Source of the DNA: a virus
Virus record (IMG/VR): IMGVR_UViG_3300025840_000015
Span: 52,180 to 116,179 of that record
Strand: one strand, 5' to 3'
Length of the DNA: 64,000 nt
Numbering within the stretch: the first letter of the stretch is position 1; each line of letters opens with the position of its first letter. The notes under the pieces were generated by a model. That model saw only the letters and a list, made by a program, of their open reading frames with translations, searched no databases and was not told the DNA's origin. The position numbers and the translations under genes are program-made. Positions 49,248-58,148 of the stretch are shown one piece after another.

Positions 49248-49832
49248 ATGGCACTCACCGGATACGAAAAAGGATTAGATGAATATACTAAAAATGAATT
49301 AATTGAAATTGCAGAAAAATATACCATATACTACCAAACCAAAAGTGGACAAGGTAGAACTGGATCATATAATAGACTTACAAAACACCAACTAATTAGT
49401 CTAATAAAAAATGATCAAGATTATAAGGATCAAAATCCAAGTTATAGAAGAAGAAGACCAGATGGTAAATTAATAACTGATAGATTTAAAGAATTATTGA
49501 GATCAATATATGGAAATGAAACTCCAGAAGATCTCATGAATGAAATATTAAATAGAGCACAATCAACTATAAGGCAATTTCCAGAGCCAGGGAAACATTA
49601 TACATATATTTACTATGCAAAAACTCCAAATATATTTTATGATCGCCACCCATTAATAACATGTGGAGAAATACTTGAAAAGGGATTTTATGGATTCAAT
49701 TATCATTGGGGAAAGATAAGACAGTATAATACTGTTGATGGTGATAGATTACTTAGTGGTCTTTATGAAATAAGTTCCAAAGAACTCACCACACTAAGAA
49801 AAATTCCTTATGGTAAAAAAATAAGAACATAA
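49248..49832 (+). CDS. DNA end-protector gp2-like protein with a Rho_N-like N-terminal extension
   Basis: PGKHYTYIYYAKTP..YDRHPL...GFYGFNYHW; located between gp4 and gp48. Confidence 0.65.
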   Translation: MALTGYEKGLDEYTKNELIEIAEKYTIYYQTKSGQGRTGSYNRLTKHQLISLIKNDQDYKDQNPSYRRRRPDGKLITDRFKELLRSIYGNETPEDLMNEILNRAQSTIRQFPEPGKHYTYIYYAKTPNIFYDRHPLITCGEILEKGFYGFNYHWGKIRQYNTVDGDRLLSGLYEISSKELTTLRKIPYGKKIRT

Positions 49833-49851
49833 ATCATAAATAGTTAAAAAA

Positions 49852-50739
49852 ATGTCATTAAGGTATCCTATAAAAAATATTGGAGAACAAGACGATTATT
49901 TAATGATTCAAATTGTAGAGTATAAACCACCAGGATTAACAAGCCAAGGTGGGGGAAGAACATTTGCTCTGCAAACTTCTGCAGATTCTTTGGGAAATTC
50001 GAAAACTATAGAAACGATCATTCTCCCAATGCCACAAAATATTCAAGATAATAATGCCGCAGATTGGGTTAGTGGGACTATGAATCCATTACAAGCATCA
50101 TTGGCAAGTGGTGGTGCAGATGTAATACAAAGTAAGAATTATTTAAAGGGAATTTTTGATGCAGGAAAAGAATATTTTGATGCCATTGGTAACGAGTTAA
50201 CAACAGGATCTTCGCAAAGTGGAGTTGCTGCTGGATTTGTTGCTGCCGCAATTAATCAAATAGTTGGACAGACTGATTTAAACCAAGTAATTTCAAGGCA
50301 ATCTGGACAGGTATTTAATTCTAATGCAGAAGTTTTATTTAATGGAGTAGTTCTTCGCCCTGCATTTTCTTTCACTTTTGATTTGATTCCAAGATCAAAC
50401 ACAGAGTCTGTGAGAATTAAAGAAATTATTAGAGCATTTAAGTCTAATATGCTTGCTAAAAAAAATATTGAAGCAAGTAAAACAGGTCTTTTTGTTTCAG
50501 CACCAAATGTATTTAAATTGGCATATAAAAGTGGTGGTAAAAATCATCCATTTTTACACAAATTTAAACCTTGTGCATTGACTCAAATGAATGTCAACTA
50601 TAATGCATCTGGTCAGTATGCCACATATTCTGATGCAACTCCCGTTCATATGCAACTATCTCTTCAATTCCAAGAATTATCACCAATATATGCAGAAGAA
50701 CAAGAAGCAATCCCATTCAATGAAGGAGTAGGTTACTAA
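49852..50739 (+). CDS. gp48: baseplate tail-tube cap gp48
   Basis: LRYP, IILPMP.NIQD.N..W, N.N.EVLFNG, FSFTF.L.PRS..E, FKPCALT..NVNY, LQFQEL. Confidence 0.85.
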   Translation: MSLRYPIKNIGEQDDYLMIQIVEYKPPGLTSQGGGRTFALQTSADSLGNSKTIETIILPMPQNIQDNNAADWVSGTMNPLQASLASGGADVIQSKNYLKGIFDAGKEYFDAIGNELTTGSSQSGVAAGFVAAAINQIVGQTDLNQVISRQSGQVFNSNAEVLFNGVVLRPAFSFTFDLIPRSNTESVRIKEIIRAFKSNMLAKKNIEASKTGLFVSAPNVFKLAYKSGGKNHPFLHKFKPCALTQMNVNYNASGQYATYSDATPVHMQLSLQFQELSPIYAEEQEAIPFNEGVGY

Positions 50740-51437
50740 TGTCATATTTTAGATTAATACCAGAATTAGAATATCAGTCATTTTTACCAGGAACTTCATC
50801 TTCAAAAAACTATATTACTGTAAAAAATCTATTTAAAGTTGCAAGACTTAGAGATGATCTCCAAAATGTTTTTACAATATTCAACAAATATGAAATAAAG
50901 GAAGGATCAAGACCTGATCTAATAGCAGAAGAATTTTATGGAAGTGCTGAATATGATTGGGTTGTTTTAGTTTGTGCTGGAATTACAAATTATAGAGATC
51001 AGTGGCCATTGTCAGACAATGATTTCTATAAGTATTGCTTAAAAATATATGAAAATGAGCAGAATCTATATTCCCCACATCATTATGAAACTATAGAAAT
51101 AAGAGACTCTGAAGATAGATTGATTCTTCCTAAAGGAAAGATAGTTGATAAAGAGTTTACACTATCATATAAAGATGGTGATAGAATCTATAGCAATGAT
51201 CCTGAAGTAACAGGACCAAATGTATATCCAATAGGAAAAAGTATTGTAATAGAGATCAGTAATTATGATTATGAAATAAGAAAAAATGATGATAAAAGAA
51301 CAATTTACTTATTAAAACCAGAATATTTGATAGAAGTCTTGAATGATATAGAAGACATTATGACGTATGATGAATCATCAGAATTTGTAAATGATAGAAT
51401 AATAAAAACTGAAAATACTAAAGTAGTATTGAAATAA
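50739..51437 (+). CDS. gp53: baseplate wedge gp53
   Basis: YF..IP, VKNLF, Y.I.EG.RPD.IA..FYG...YDWVVL, WPLS, HHYET, N..KR.I.LLK. Confidence 0.9.
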   Translation: MSYFRLIPELEYQSFLPGTSSSKNYITVKNLFKVARLRDDLQNVFTIFNKYEIKEGSRPDLIAEEFYGSAEYDWVVLVCAGITNYRDQWPLSDNDFYKYCLKIYENEQNLYSPHHYETIEIRDSEDRLILPKGKIVDKEFTLSYKDGDRIYSNDPEVTGPNVYPIGKSIVIEISNYDYEIRKNDDKRTIYLLKPEYLIEVLNDIEDIMTYDESSEFVNDRIIKTENTKVVLK

Positions 51438-51463
51438 AAAAAGGAGGGTTTTAAACCCTCCTT
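51436..51463. terminator. terminator between convergent gp53 and gp32
   Basis: aaaaaaaggagggttttaaaccctcctt hairpin. Confidence 0.75.
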
Positions 51464-51470
51464 CAATCAA

Positions 51471-52397
51471 TCATTCATCTGCAAGTCGTGCAAAGTATGA
51501 AAGAGTTTCATCATCGTCATCATCATAACTAGAAGAAGAATTGCTACGAGATGGTTTGAGATCATTCAGTTCACTTCGCAAATCTTGTGTAATTTCGCGA
51601 GATGGACCACGGAAGTCTTCTTCATCTTGAACTTCTTCATCAATGTTGGGGCGTTGTTGCTTAACTCCAATAACATTATCAAAACGCTTTTTCAGTTCAT
51701 CATAAGTCTTGAACTGATCAGAGGCAACCAACTGCTCCAAAGAATATTGCTTTTTCCAGATTGCTTCCATTTCATCGTCATCATCAAGAAGTTGACCAGG
51801 ACGAGAAAACTCTGAAGAATCATAGTTGCGATAACCAGCAACATTCTTTGCTTTGAGTTTAAAATTAGCGCCTGTCCAGAAGTCAAAAGGATCAATTGCT
51901 TCCTCATCTTCAAATTCTGGTTGCATTGCTGCAGTCAGTTTATCAAAGATCTTTTTACCAAACTTATAAAGGAAAACTCGACCTTCATTATCAGGATTTG
52001 TTGGATCCTTGACAACATAAATGTTAGCAATGTAAGTCAATTTACGCTTTTGCTTACGTGCTTGTTCTTTTCCAGCATCAGTTCCATTATTCCAGAGCAT
52101 AGAGTTATATTCCGAAACTGGATCTTTTTGTCCCATGGTCGTCAAAGAGTTTTCAATATACCAACCACCAGGACCTTGGAAAGCGTGACTATAGAGTTTC
52201 ACAAAAGGAAGATCTTCATTTTCTGGTGCAGGGAGAAAACGAATTACTGCATAACCATTGCCACTTTTGTCAACTTCAAGTTTCCAGAAGCGTTCATCTG
52301 CAGATCCACTTGTATTATTCATTTTTTCAACTTCCTTGACAAGTTTTTGAGTCAAGGAACCAAGTTTGGATTGCTTTTTAAGATTTGCGAAAGACAT
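51471..52397 (-). CDS. gp32: single-stranded DNA-binding protein gp32
   Basis: DERFWK..VDKSGNGYAVIRFLPA, HAFQGPGGWYIEN, FGKKIFDK, GANFKLK, acidic tail YFARLA. Confidence 0.97.
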   Translation of the reverse strand: MSFANLKKQSKLGSLTQKLVKEVEKMNNTSGSADERFWKLEVDKSGNGYAVIRFLPAPENEDLPFVKLYSHAFQGPGGWYIENSLTTMGQKDPVSEYNSMLWNNGTDAGKEQARKQKRKLTYIANIYVVKDPTNPDNEGRVFLYKFGKKIFDKLTAAMQPEFEDEEAIDPFDFWTGANFKLKAKNVAGYRNYDSSEFSRPGQLLDDDDEMEAIWKKQYSLEQLVASDQFKTYDELKKRFDNVIGVKQQRPNIDEEVQDEEDFRGPSREITQDLRSELNDLKPSRSNSSSSYDDDDDETLSYFARLADE

Positions 52398-52448
52398 TTT
52401 AGATTCGGAGGATAAATTGGATTTGTCGGATTTGTTTTCGACCTCTTT

Positions 52449-52477
52449 ATTATAGAGTCACCATAATGGGATGTCAA
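52449..52477 (-). promoter_or_regulatory. sigma70-type promoter of gp32
   Basis: TTGACA-N17-TATAAT. Confidence 0.85.
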
Positions 52478-52492
52478 GCCCTGGTCTGAGGG

Positions 52493-52822
52493 TCAATCTA
52501 TAAAAAGTTTTAATTCTTCGATGGTGGCATCCATAGATTTAAATAATGTTTGCATATCAGTGCTTGGGGGATAACCCATCATGTTTACAGATTTTTCTAA
52601 GTTTCTCTTCATTTCTATGGCACTTTCATCATCTGAAAGAGATAACCTAGTATACATTATTCTTTGCTTTTGCAACAGTTCTTGCAACTTTTCAATATGA
52701 TTCATTTTTGAATCTCTATCCATCATATCAAAGGAAAAAATTGTCTCTGATATTTCCTGTTGAAGTCTATTAATTTCAGAAATTTCTTCCTGTATTATTT
52801 CGGAGTCAAAAAAATTATTCAT
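52493..52822 (-). CDS. DUF1825-like conserved protein
   Basis: FFDSEIIQEE...KQRIMYTRLSLSDD. Confidence 0.75.
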   Translation of the reverse strand: MNNFFDSEIIQEEISEINRLQQEISETIFSFDMMDRDSKMNHIEKLQELLQKQRIMYTRLSLSDDESAIEMKRNLEKSVNMMGYPPSTDMQTLFKSMDATIEELKLFID

Positions 52823-53405
52823 TTAAAATTTCTCGCAGTATCTTCTTATAATGAAATATATCAATATTTAGAAACTGATTATACTTGGAAATTTTTAAAT
52901 TGACACAACTCCAAATTGGATCATCCAAATTTTTATTAAAGTTTTTTGAAAAATTGAATATTTTTTCGTATATTACCAATGTTTCTATTGATAAATCCCC
53001 ACCTAGAAAAGATTTTAGTATCTGAGGATGTCCCTTGGAGCACTTGAAAACATCCTCTAATCCTCTCTCCGATAGTAATTGTGTTGATTGTTCTTTGAAA
53101 TAATACGTCAAACTCTGCTGTCGTTTTATCCATTCCAGATAAGTTCTTTCTCCAGAATTTATAATTTCTCCAATCCATAGGTTTTGTGGGTTATCGGAAG
53201 CAACAAAATTAGATACAAAAAAATCAACTATTTCTTTGTCAGAGTATTTTCTAGAACTCTTTTCAAAAAAATACTTATCCTTTCTTTTATTAAAAGATGT
53301 TATGGAAGCTTTTGTTTTTTTATGATATTTGAAATAATCGTATTTTGGGTTTGTAAAGTGATTTTTCAAACCCAAATACTGAGTATAACATTCAAAAGGT
53401 GACAT
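52815..53405 (-). CDS. gp59: helicase loader gp59
   Basis: Y..YLGLKNHFT..KYDYFKY...F.KRKDKYFFEK...ISIETL-like motif. Confidence 0.9.
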   Translation of the reverse strand: MSPFECYTQYLGLKNHFTNPKYDYFKYHKKTKASITSFNKRKDKYFFEKSSRKYSDKEIVDFFVSNFVASDNPQNLWIGEIINSGERTYLEWIKRQQSLTYYFKEQSTQLLSERGLEDVFKCSKGHPQILKSFLGGDLSIETLVIYEKIFNFSKNFNKNLDDPIWSCVNLKISKYNQFLNIDIFHYKKILREILNE

Positions 53406-53665
53406 TAGATAGGCAAACGTGCTCGGGATGTTTTTTTCATAAAGTTAAGGCGTGTTGCATCCCACTTTAATTTTTCTTTCAAAGGTTTTGATACAAGTTT
53501 AGTTACTGATTCAATCTCCAATTCATTCAATTCACAATAATGAATAATTGCATCGATGTAATTGAGTTTTTCATCAATAACAATTTTCTCTATCTCTAAA
53601 GAAAATTTTGATGGTGATAAAAACTTATTTTCTATCGCTTTTTTTAGTTCTTTATTGGGTTCCAT
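53405..53665 (-). CDS. gp33: late transcription coactivator gp33
   Basis: KFSLEIE.IV...NYIDAI.HYCE...KLVSKPLKEKLK.DA..LNF; start trimmed to MEPNK. Confidence 0.9.
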   Translation of the reverse strand: MEPNKELKKAIENKFLSPSKFSLEIEKIVIDEKLNYIDAIIHYCELNELEIESVTKLVSKPLKEKLKWDATRLNFMKKTSRARLPI

Positions 53666-54332
53666 AGAGTTCCAGTTTATCTCTAACAAACTTTCTAATA
53701 TATTCGGAGAGAAGTTTGATGTATTTTGATTTGTCATATTCTTCATAAATTACAGATTCTCCATTTTCACATGCCATGATGATTACAAGTTTTTTGACTG
53801 AAATTCCAGTCATTTCATATAGCATACAACCATATGCCATACACTGAACAAAATAATGTTCGATCCACTCTCGTGGTTTTGGTTTTTTAGATGTTTTAAA
53901 ATCTATTATTGCTAATTCTTTATTATATTCAGCAATACAGTCTACTGTTCCCGCAATACCTAATTGTTTACTATATAGGGAACTTTCAAGAGCGTATATG
54001 TTATTTATGCAATTTAAATCTTTCTTAACTATATTGAATAAAAATTCTGAAATAGGTTGGACTTTTGGAAGTTCTTTGTTCAACAGATGGCATTCAGTAA
54101 GAGTATGCATATCTGTCCCACGACTTGTAGCAGCTTTTGTTATTTGATTTGCTTTTTCTTCCCCAACTTTATTTCTCCATTTTACAAAAATTTCTTTATT
54201 AAAATGACTGGTTACCGATGTAATGGAAACCAGTCTAAGAAGTTCTTCTTCTGTTGGAACTCTGTAGTAACGAATTCCATCAAGAGTTTCCCTTTCTAAT
54301 TTGGGAAACTCAATATCAACATGATTAAACAT
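53652..54332 (-). CDS. PD-(D/E)xK exonuclease
   Basis: SITSV, RGT.MH, AGTVDCIAEY, IIDFKTS, Q..AY. Confidence 0.85.
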   Translation of the reverse strand: MFNHVDIEFPKLERETLDGIRYYRVPTEEELLRLVSITSVTSHFNKEIFVKWRNKVGEEKANQITKAATSRGTDMHTLTECHLLNKELPKVQPISEFLFNIVKKDLNCINNIYALESSLYSKQLGIAGTVDCIAEYNKELAIIDFKTSKKPKPREWIEHYFVQCMAYGCMLYEMTGISVKKLVIIMACENGESVIYEEYDKSKYIKLLSEYIRKFVRDKLELYGTQ

Positions 54333-55090
54333 TAAAAACCTGCATCAATTTTTGCAACAAGATACTCTTTTACAAGACCAGATCGAACAATGTCATCTAA
54401 TCCAAACTCTATTATATCAAAAGATGGCATTTTACGCAAGACCGACATAAAATCTACAATGCCATTTTTTTCATTTTGTTTTTGTAAATCAGATTGTCTA
54501 GTATCTCCACAAAAACAAATCTTAGTATTTTCACCAACACGTGTAATTATAGAATCTAATTCATGGAAATTCAAATTTTGAAACTCATCGACAATGATGA
54601 TTGAATTATCTAATGTGGTTCCTCTTAAGAAAGAAGTGGACCAAAATTTAATTGTTTCTTGTGATTTTAAATTACCATAAAGCATTTCAAAATCAGCATC
54701 ACTAGGCATCTGGAACATATACTTTACCATATTTTTATATGGAATTTGATATATGTCAGCTTTATCTTCATGGGAACCTGGAAGGAATCCAATCTCTCTG
54801 GTCGCTACAAGAGATCTGACAAGGTATATTCTTTCATATGGAGTATATTCATTCAAAACATCTTTCAATGCATTGTATAGGGTTATAAAGGTCTTTCCGG
54901 TTCCTGCGCAACCATATGCAACTAAATGTTTTTGCTCAGAATACGAATCAAACAAACGTTTTTGATTGTTTGTAAGAGGTTCAATATCTATTAGATATTC
55001 AGAGCTTAATGGTTTTTTCCTCTTCATTTGCTTTGCAGTCATACCAACACCAATTGGTTGGTCGAAAGATGATCTCTTTTTTCTTGCCAT
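54332..55090 (-). CDS. phoH: PhoH-like ATPase
   Basis: GCAGTGKT, IGFLPG, FLRGTT, VDEFQN, GD..QSDL, DIVRSGLV. Confidence 0.97.
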   Translation of the reverse strand: MARKKRSSFDQPIGVGMTAKQMKRKKPLSSEYLIDIEPLTNNQKRLFDSYSEQKHLVAYGCAGTGKTFITLYNALKDVLNEYTPYERIYLVRSLVATREIGFLPGSHEDKADIYQIPYKNMVKYMFQMPSDADFEMLYGNLKSQETIKFWSTSFLRGTTLDNSIIIVDEFQNLNFHELDSIITRVGENTKICFCGDTRQSDLQKQNEKNGIVDFMSVLRKMPSFDIIEFGLDDIVRSGLVKEYLVAKIDAGF

Positions 55091-55091
55091 A

Positions 55092-55340
55092 CTAGATTTT
55101 CTTTACTCTGGATCCTGGTGCTTTTGATGCTTTATCTAGAACTTCATTCCAACCGGGATTCTTGTTTACAAGTTTATCCCTCCACTCACCAACCTCTCCA
55201 GGTTGAGGGCATGTGGATGGATCAGACCAATCTCTGATCCATTCTGGATTATCTTGTTTCCATTGATCCCAGTCGTGAACGCTCATTTCAACTTCTTTTT
55301 GTTCACCACTAGTAACATGAATAACTGGATATGTTGCCAT
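55092..55340 (-). CDS. conserved hypothetical protein (FmdB-like, upstream of phoH)
   Basis: MATYPV...GEQKE...W...NPEW...GWNEVL...PGS; late promoter TATAAATA at 55372-55365. Confidence 0.7.
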   Translation of the reverse strand: MATYPVIHVTSGEQKEVEMSVHDWDQWKQDNPEWIRDWSDPSTCPQPGEVGEWRDKLVNKNPGWNEVLDKASKAPGSRVKKI

Positions 55341-55378
55341 TGTTATCAATTCAAAACATAAAGTTATTTATAGGTGGT

Positions 55379-56062
55379 TTAATACTTTGATATTACATTG
55401 AAAGAAACTGTAATCCTATCCTCATAAGAGTTATTATAATTTACATAATGCATTAACTCAGAAGGAAAAATAATTACATAACCCTCTTCCATTTTTTTTG
55501 TAGTTAAAATTTGAGAAGAATCTAAGGAAATACAATTTATTGATTTGGATTCGTTAGTAAAGCATGTAGTATTGGCGTATTCCAAATTCATAATGTATAT
55601 TCCAGAAAATGAAGGAACACTATAAGAAGTTGGAGATTCTGGAAAAATAGGTATTATTGAATGATTATGTATTTCTTGCCAATGACTTCCTTTATAATGA
55701 TTATACCATATTTTTGCAATATTAGAGGTTCTAGGAATTTTAACATTAAGAATAGGATTCATCTGTTCAATTAATTCATCAATAGGTTCCCATATTATTT
55801 TTTCAAAAAAATTTTGATCAAATATATTAAAATTATTTTTATCTGAATCATCAAAAAAACTACTAACTATATCACAATTCCAAGTATTCTTTTTATTATA
55901 CGTTCTCCCATTTTTTTTAATATCTTCCATTATCAATGGAAGATATGTATTTTTTATTTTTTTGTGAGATTTAATTTTTTTCCACCAAACAAAAGGAGTT
56001 TGAAATATAAAAAAATTACTTTCCTCAAGATCCAAATCTTTAGTATCTGACATTAATTCCAC
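55379..56062 (-). CDS. 2OG-Fe(II) oxygenase-like protein (TIGR02466-type)
   Basis: W.N.Y...QEIHNH...FSGIY...EG.VIIFPS.L.H.V...RITVSFN. Confidence 0.8.
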   Translation of the reverse strand: MELMSDTKDLDLEESNFFIFQTPFVWWKKIKSHKKIKNTYLPLIMEDIKKNGRTYNKKNTWNCDIVSSFFDDSDKNNFNIFDQNFFEKIIWEPIDELIEQMNPILNVKIPRTSNIAKIWYNHYKGSHWQEIHNHSIIPIFPESPTSYSVPSFSGIYIMNLEYANTTCFTNESKSINCISLDSSQILTTKKMEEGYVIIFPSELMHYVNYNNSYEDRITVSFNVISKY

Positions 56063-56691
56063 TCCAGAGATTCTGAAACAGTTGGAAACTGTTCCATAAA
56101 GATCTTCTTACAAGCATCAGCAATATCCATATGCTCCTTCTGTGTTCCATGACCAGAACGCAGAGAAATATAATGAATCCAAGAACGACATGATCCACTC
56201 ATATAAATTCGTGTTGGAGTTGCTAGAGGCAATACAAAACGAGCACATTCCTTTGCGATTCCCATATCAAGCATTGACTGATAGAGAACCATAGAGTCAT
56301 CAAAGTGCTTGCGAATCTTATTCTCAAACTCTTGCTTTACAGAATCATCAATATCATCAATAGAGTTCTGGCGGTTCTTAGTATCCTGACGACGCAAGTC
56401 AAAGAGAGGAATACTATCTCCCAGAAGAGAACTATCAGCATAGCGTTGAGAGAACTCTTGATAGGTGAAGGAACGGTGCCTCAGGATCTGTGCCGCAATT
56501 CCCCTACTAGTTTCAATCTCAAGAGTCATAAATGCCTGCTCAAATACGCTCCAGTGCTGGTGTTTGATACAATATCCCAACAACTTTGCATAATTAGGAT
56601 TTTCTTGATTATTTGGATTTGAGACCCTGGCAACATATGCCATTGTCTTTTCTGCATCTGGAGTAACACTGATGAATTTTACACTGTTCAT
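56053..56691 (-). CDS. thyX: flavin-dependent thymidylate synthase
   Basis: ARVSN, HWSVFE, QILRHRSFTYQEFSQRY, ECARFVLP, R....TQKEH. Confidence 0.97.
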   Translation of the reverse strand: MNSVKFISVTPDAEKTMAYVARVSNPNNQENPNYAKLLGYCIKHQHWSVFEQAFMTLEIETSRGIAAQILRHRSFTYQEFSQRYADSSLLGDSIPLFDLRRQDTKNRQNSIDDIDDSVKQEFENKIRKHFDDSMVLYQSMLDMGIAKECARFVLPLATPTRIYMSGSCRSWIHYISLRSGHGTQKEHMDIADACKKIFMEQFPTVSESLEWN

Positions 56692-56870
56692 TTTTTACCA
56701 AATCCTTTTGAATTAATTTGCTCTGCTTCTGCGATTTGTTCTTTTACCGCACGCAATTGATTTTTCATCTCTTGAATTCTTTCATCATTATAGAGATGAT
56801 CTTGCTTGATAAGTCTTTCAAGCAATTTTACAAGTTCTTTTGCTCTACTCATTTTTCTCTTTGCTACTGT

Positions 56871-57041
56871 TCAATCAGGATAACCATCATCATCTTCAAA
56901 GATTTCATAATAGTCATACTTTGGTAGATTTTCTTTTTTACTTCTCAAATAACTTTGAGAATCGGAATAAATTTCTGTTTTTAGAGAATCGACTAATATT
57001 TCAAGATTTCTTACAATAAGCTTTAGTCTTTCTTTGTCCAT
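56871..57041 (-). CDS. conserved small protein (MDKERLKLIVRNL...)
   Basis: ORF track, trimmed start; DDDGYPD C-terminus. Confidence 0.7.
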   Translation of the reverse strand: MDKERLKLIVRNLEILVDSLKTEIYSDSQSYLRSKKENLPKYDYYEIFEDDDGYPD

Positions 57042-57074
57042 GAAATCTGGGTTGTTACTGAACCAGTATACCAT

Positions 57075-57100
57075 AAAAAAAGAGGGTCAGCAACCCTCTC
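57075..57100 (-). terminator. intrinsic terminator of the riboswitch operon
   Basis: AGAGGG-TTGCTGA-CCCTCT followed by a U-run. Confidence 0.75.
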
Positions 57101-57105
57101 AAAAT

Positions 57106-57225
57106 TTATTTTGTTTTGCAAAATCCTGCCATGCAGAGTTGCGCTTCTTTTAGTTTTTTCTTTTTGACTTCTTGCAATTTAATTAAAGAAAGCCAATTTG
57201 ATTGAACTTTTTGTGGTTGTGTCAT
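57106..57225 (-). CDS. 39-aa basic peptide
   Basis: manual translation MTQPQKVQSNWLSLIK...EAQLCMAGFCKTK; ATGA overlap with the upstream ORF. Confidence 0.55.
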   Translation of the reverse strand: MTQPQKVQSNWLSLIKLQEVKKKKLKEAQLCMAGFCKTK

Positions 57226-57356
57226 GATACTACCTCAACCTTCTCTTCATGCTTTACTCCTCTGTAGGTTTCTACAAAAGTTTTTAATTCATGACTTTGT
57301 TGATTTGGTCTTTTGGCGGTATCATATTTTACGCCACGATAAACGACTTGTGCCAT
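57222..57356 (-). CDS. DUF4278-like small protein
   Basis: MAQVVYRGVKYD...TYRGVKH (two YRGV motifs); AGGAG RBS. Confidence 0.8.
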   Translation of the reverse strand: MAQVVYRGVKYDTAKRPNQQSHELKTFVETYRGVKHEEKVEVVS

Positions 57357-57396
57357 TATTGACTCCTAAAGAAATGAGAATATAATTCCCGTTCCT

Positions 57397-57597
57397 TCAG
57401 TCGTTTGCGTCTTTAGTTCCTAACCTAAAACATGCTGGTTCAGTTCCTCTAATAAAAATAGAGATAAACTCTAACTTTTCATTTCGATCTAACAAAGTAG
57501 ATTCAAAAACTCCCTGTGCCAACCAATCAAAGTCATTACATGACAATAATTTTGGGTCTGGTTCTGCTGTTGCCAACAGTAAAGGTAAAAGAAACAT
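57397..57597 (-). CDS. 66-aa ORF embedded within the riboswitch
   Basis: ORF track; hydrophobic N-terminus, two Cys; stop codon lies inside the aptamer 3' strand. Confidence 0.6.
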   Translation of the reverse strand: MFLLPLLLATAEPDPKLLSCNDFDWLAQGVFESTLLDRNEKLEFISIFIRGTEPACFRLGTKDAND

Positions 57598-57640
57598 AAG
57601 ATGAACGATCCCGTTCCGCGACTTACTTGCGATCCCATAA

Positions 57641-57686
57641 AGTATTACACCTTGAATACTAATGAAAGTATTATGCTTAGAATACT
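57641..57686 (-). repeat. 46-nt hairpin with an 8x8 internal loop inserted in aptamer P2
   Basis: AGTATT-CTAAGCAT-AATACT-TTCATT-AGTATT-CAAGGTGT-AATACT. Confidence 0.7.
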
Positions 57687-57710
57687 AATTAGGGATTGAA
57701 CGACAGGTCT

Positions 57711-57739
57711 ATTATAGACCATATAAAGTATATAGTCAA
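57711..57739 (-). promoter_or_regulatory. sigma70-type promoter of the riboswitch operon
   Basis: TTGACT-N17-TATAAT. Confidence 0.8.
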
Positions 57740-57744
57740 GTTAC

Positions 57745-57764
57745 TTTGTAACATTTGATACAAA
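57745..57764. promoter_or_regulatory. putative NtcA box
   Basis: tttGTA-acatttga-TACaaa (GTA-N8-TAC with palindromic flanks). Confidence 0.65.
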
Positions 57765-57818
57765 ATTAAACTATATGGACAAAAAAATATGGCGAATTTT
57801 TTTGCCATATTTTTGGAA

Positions 57819-58127
57819 TTATTTTTTCGATTTGTTTTTGGGTTTTGTAGTGTTGCCCCAGAGCTTTGGATTTATTCTACCATAACCAAAATCAATACTC
57901 TTTATACCACCTCTAAATTTATCATAATACATATCAAAAATTTTAGAAACTTTAGAGCTTCTGGTGAGATCATATCTAATCTCACCATTTACTTCATAAG
58001 TTACAATTCTAGCATCATTAGGAACATCTTTAGTTTTTACCTCCTGAAGAGTTCCATTTTCAATTAAAATTTCACATCCATATTTTGCTTTTGAATTTTC
58101 TTTTTCTTCAATAGTCCATTTATCCAT
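57819..58127 (-). CDS. conserved hypothetical protein
   Basis: IFDMYYDK...I..GYGRINPKLW. Confidence 0.7.
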   Translation of the reverse strand: MDKWTIEEKENSKAKYGCEILIENGTLQEVKTKDVPNDARIVTYEVNGEIRYDLTRSSKVSKIFDMYYDKFRGGIKSIDFGYGRINPKLWGNTTKPKNKSKK

Positions 58128-58148
58128 GTTTTTATTCTCTTATTTAAT

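Larger units (their letters stand above)
57388..57704 (-). ncRNA. double glutamine riboswitch-like element (glnA/Downstream-peptide class)
   Basis: CGTTCA-ATCCC..GGGAT-CGCAAGTA-AGTCG-CGGAACG and CGTTCATC...GACGCAAA-CGACT-GAAGGAACG upstream of DUF4278. Confidence 0.8.
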
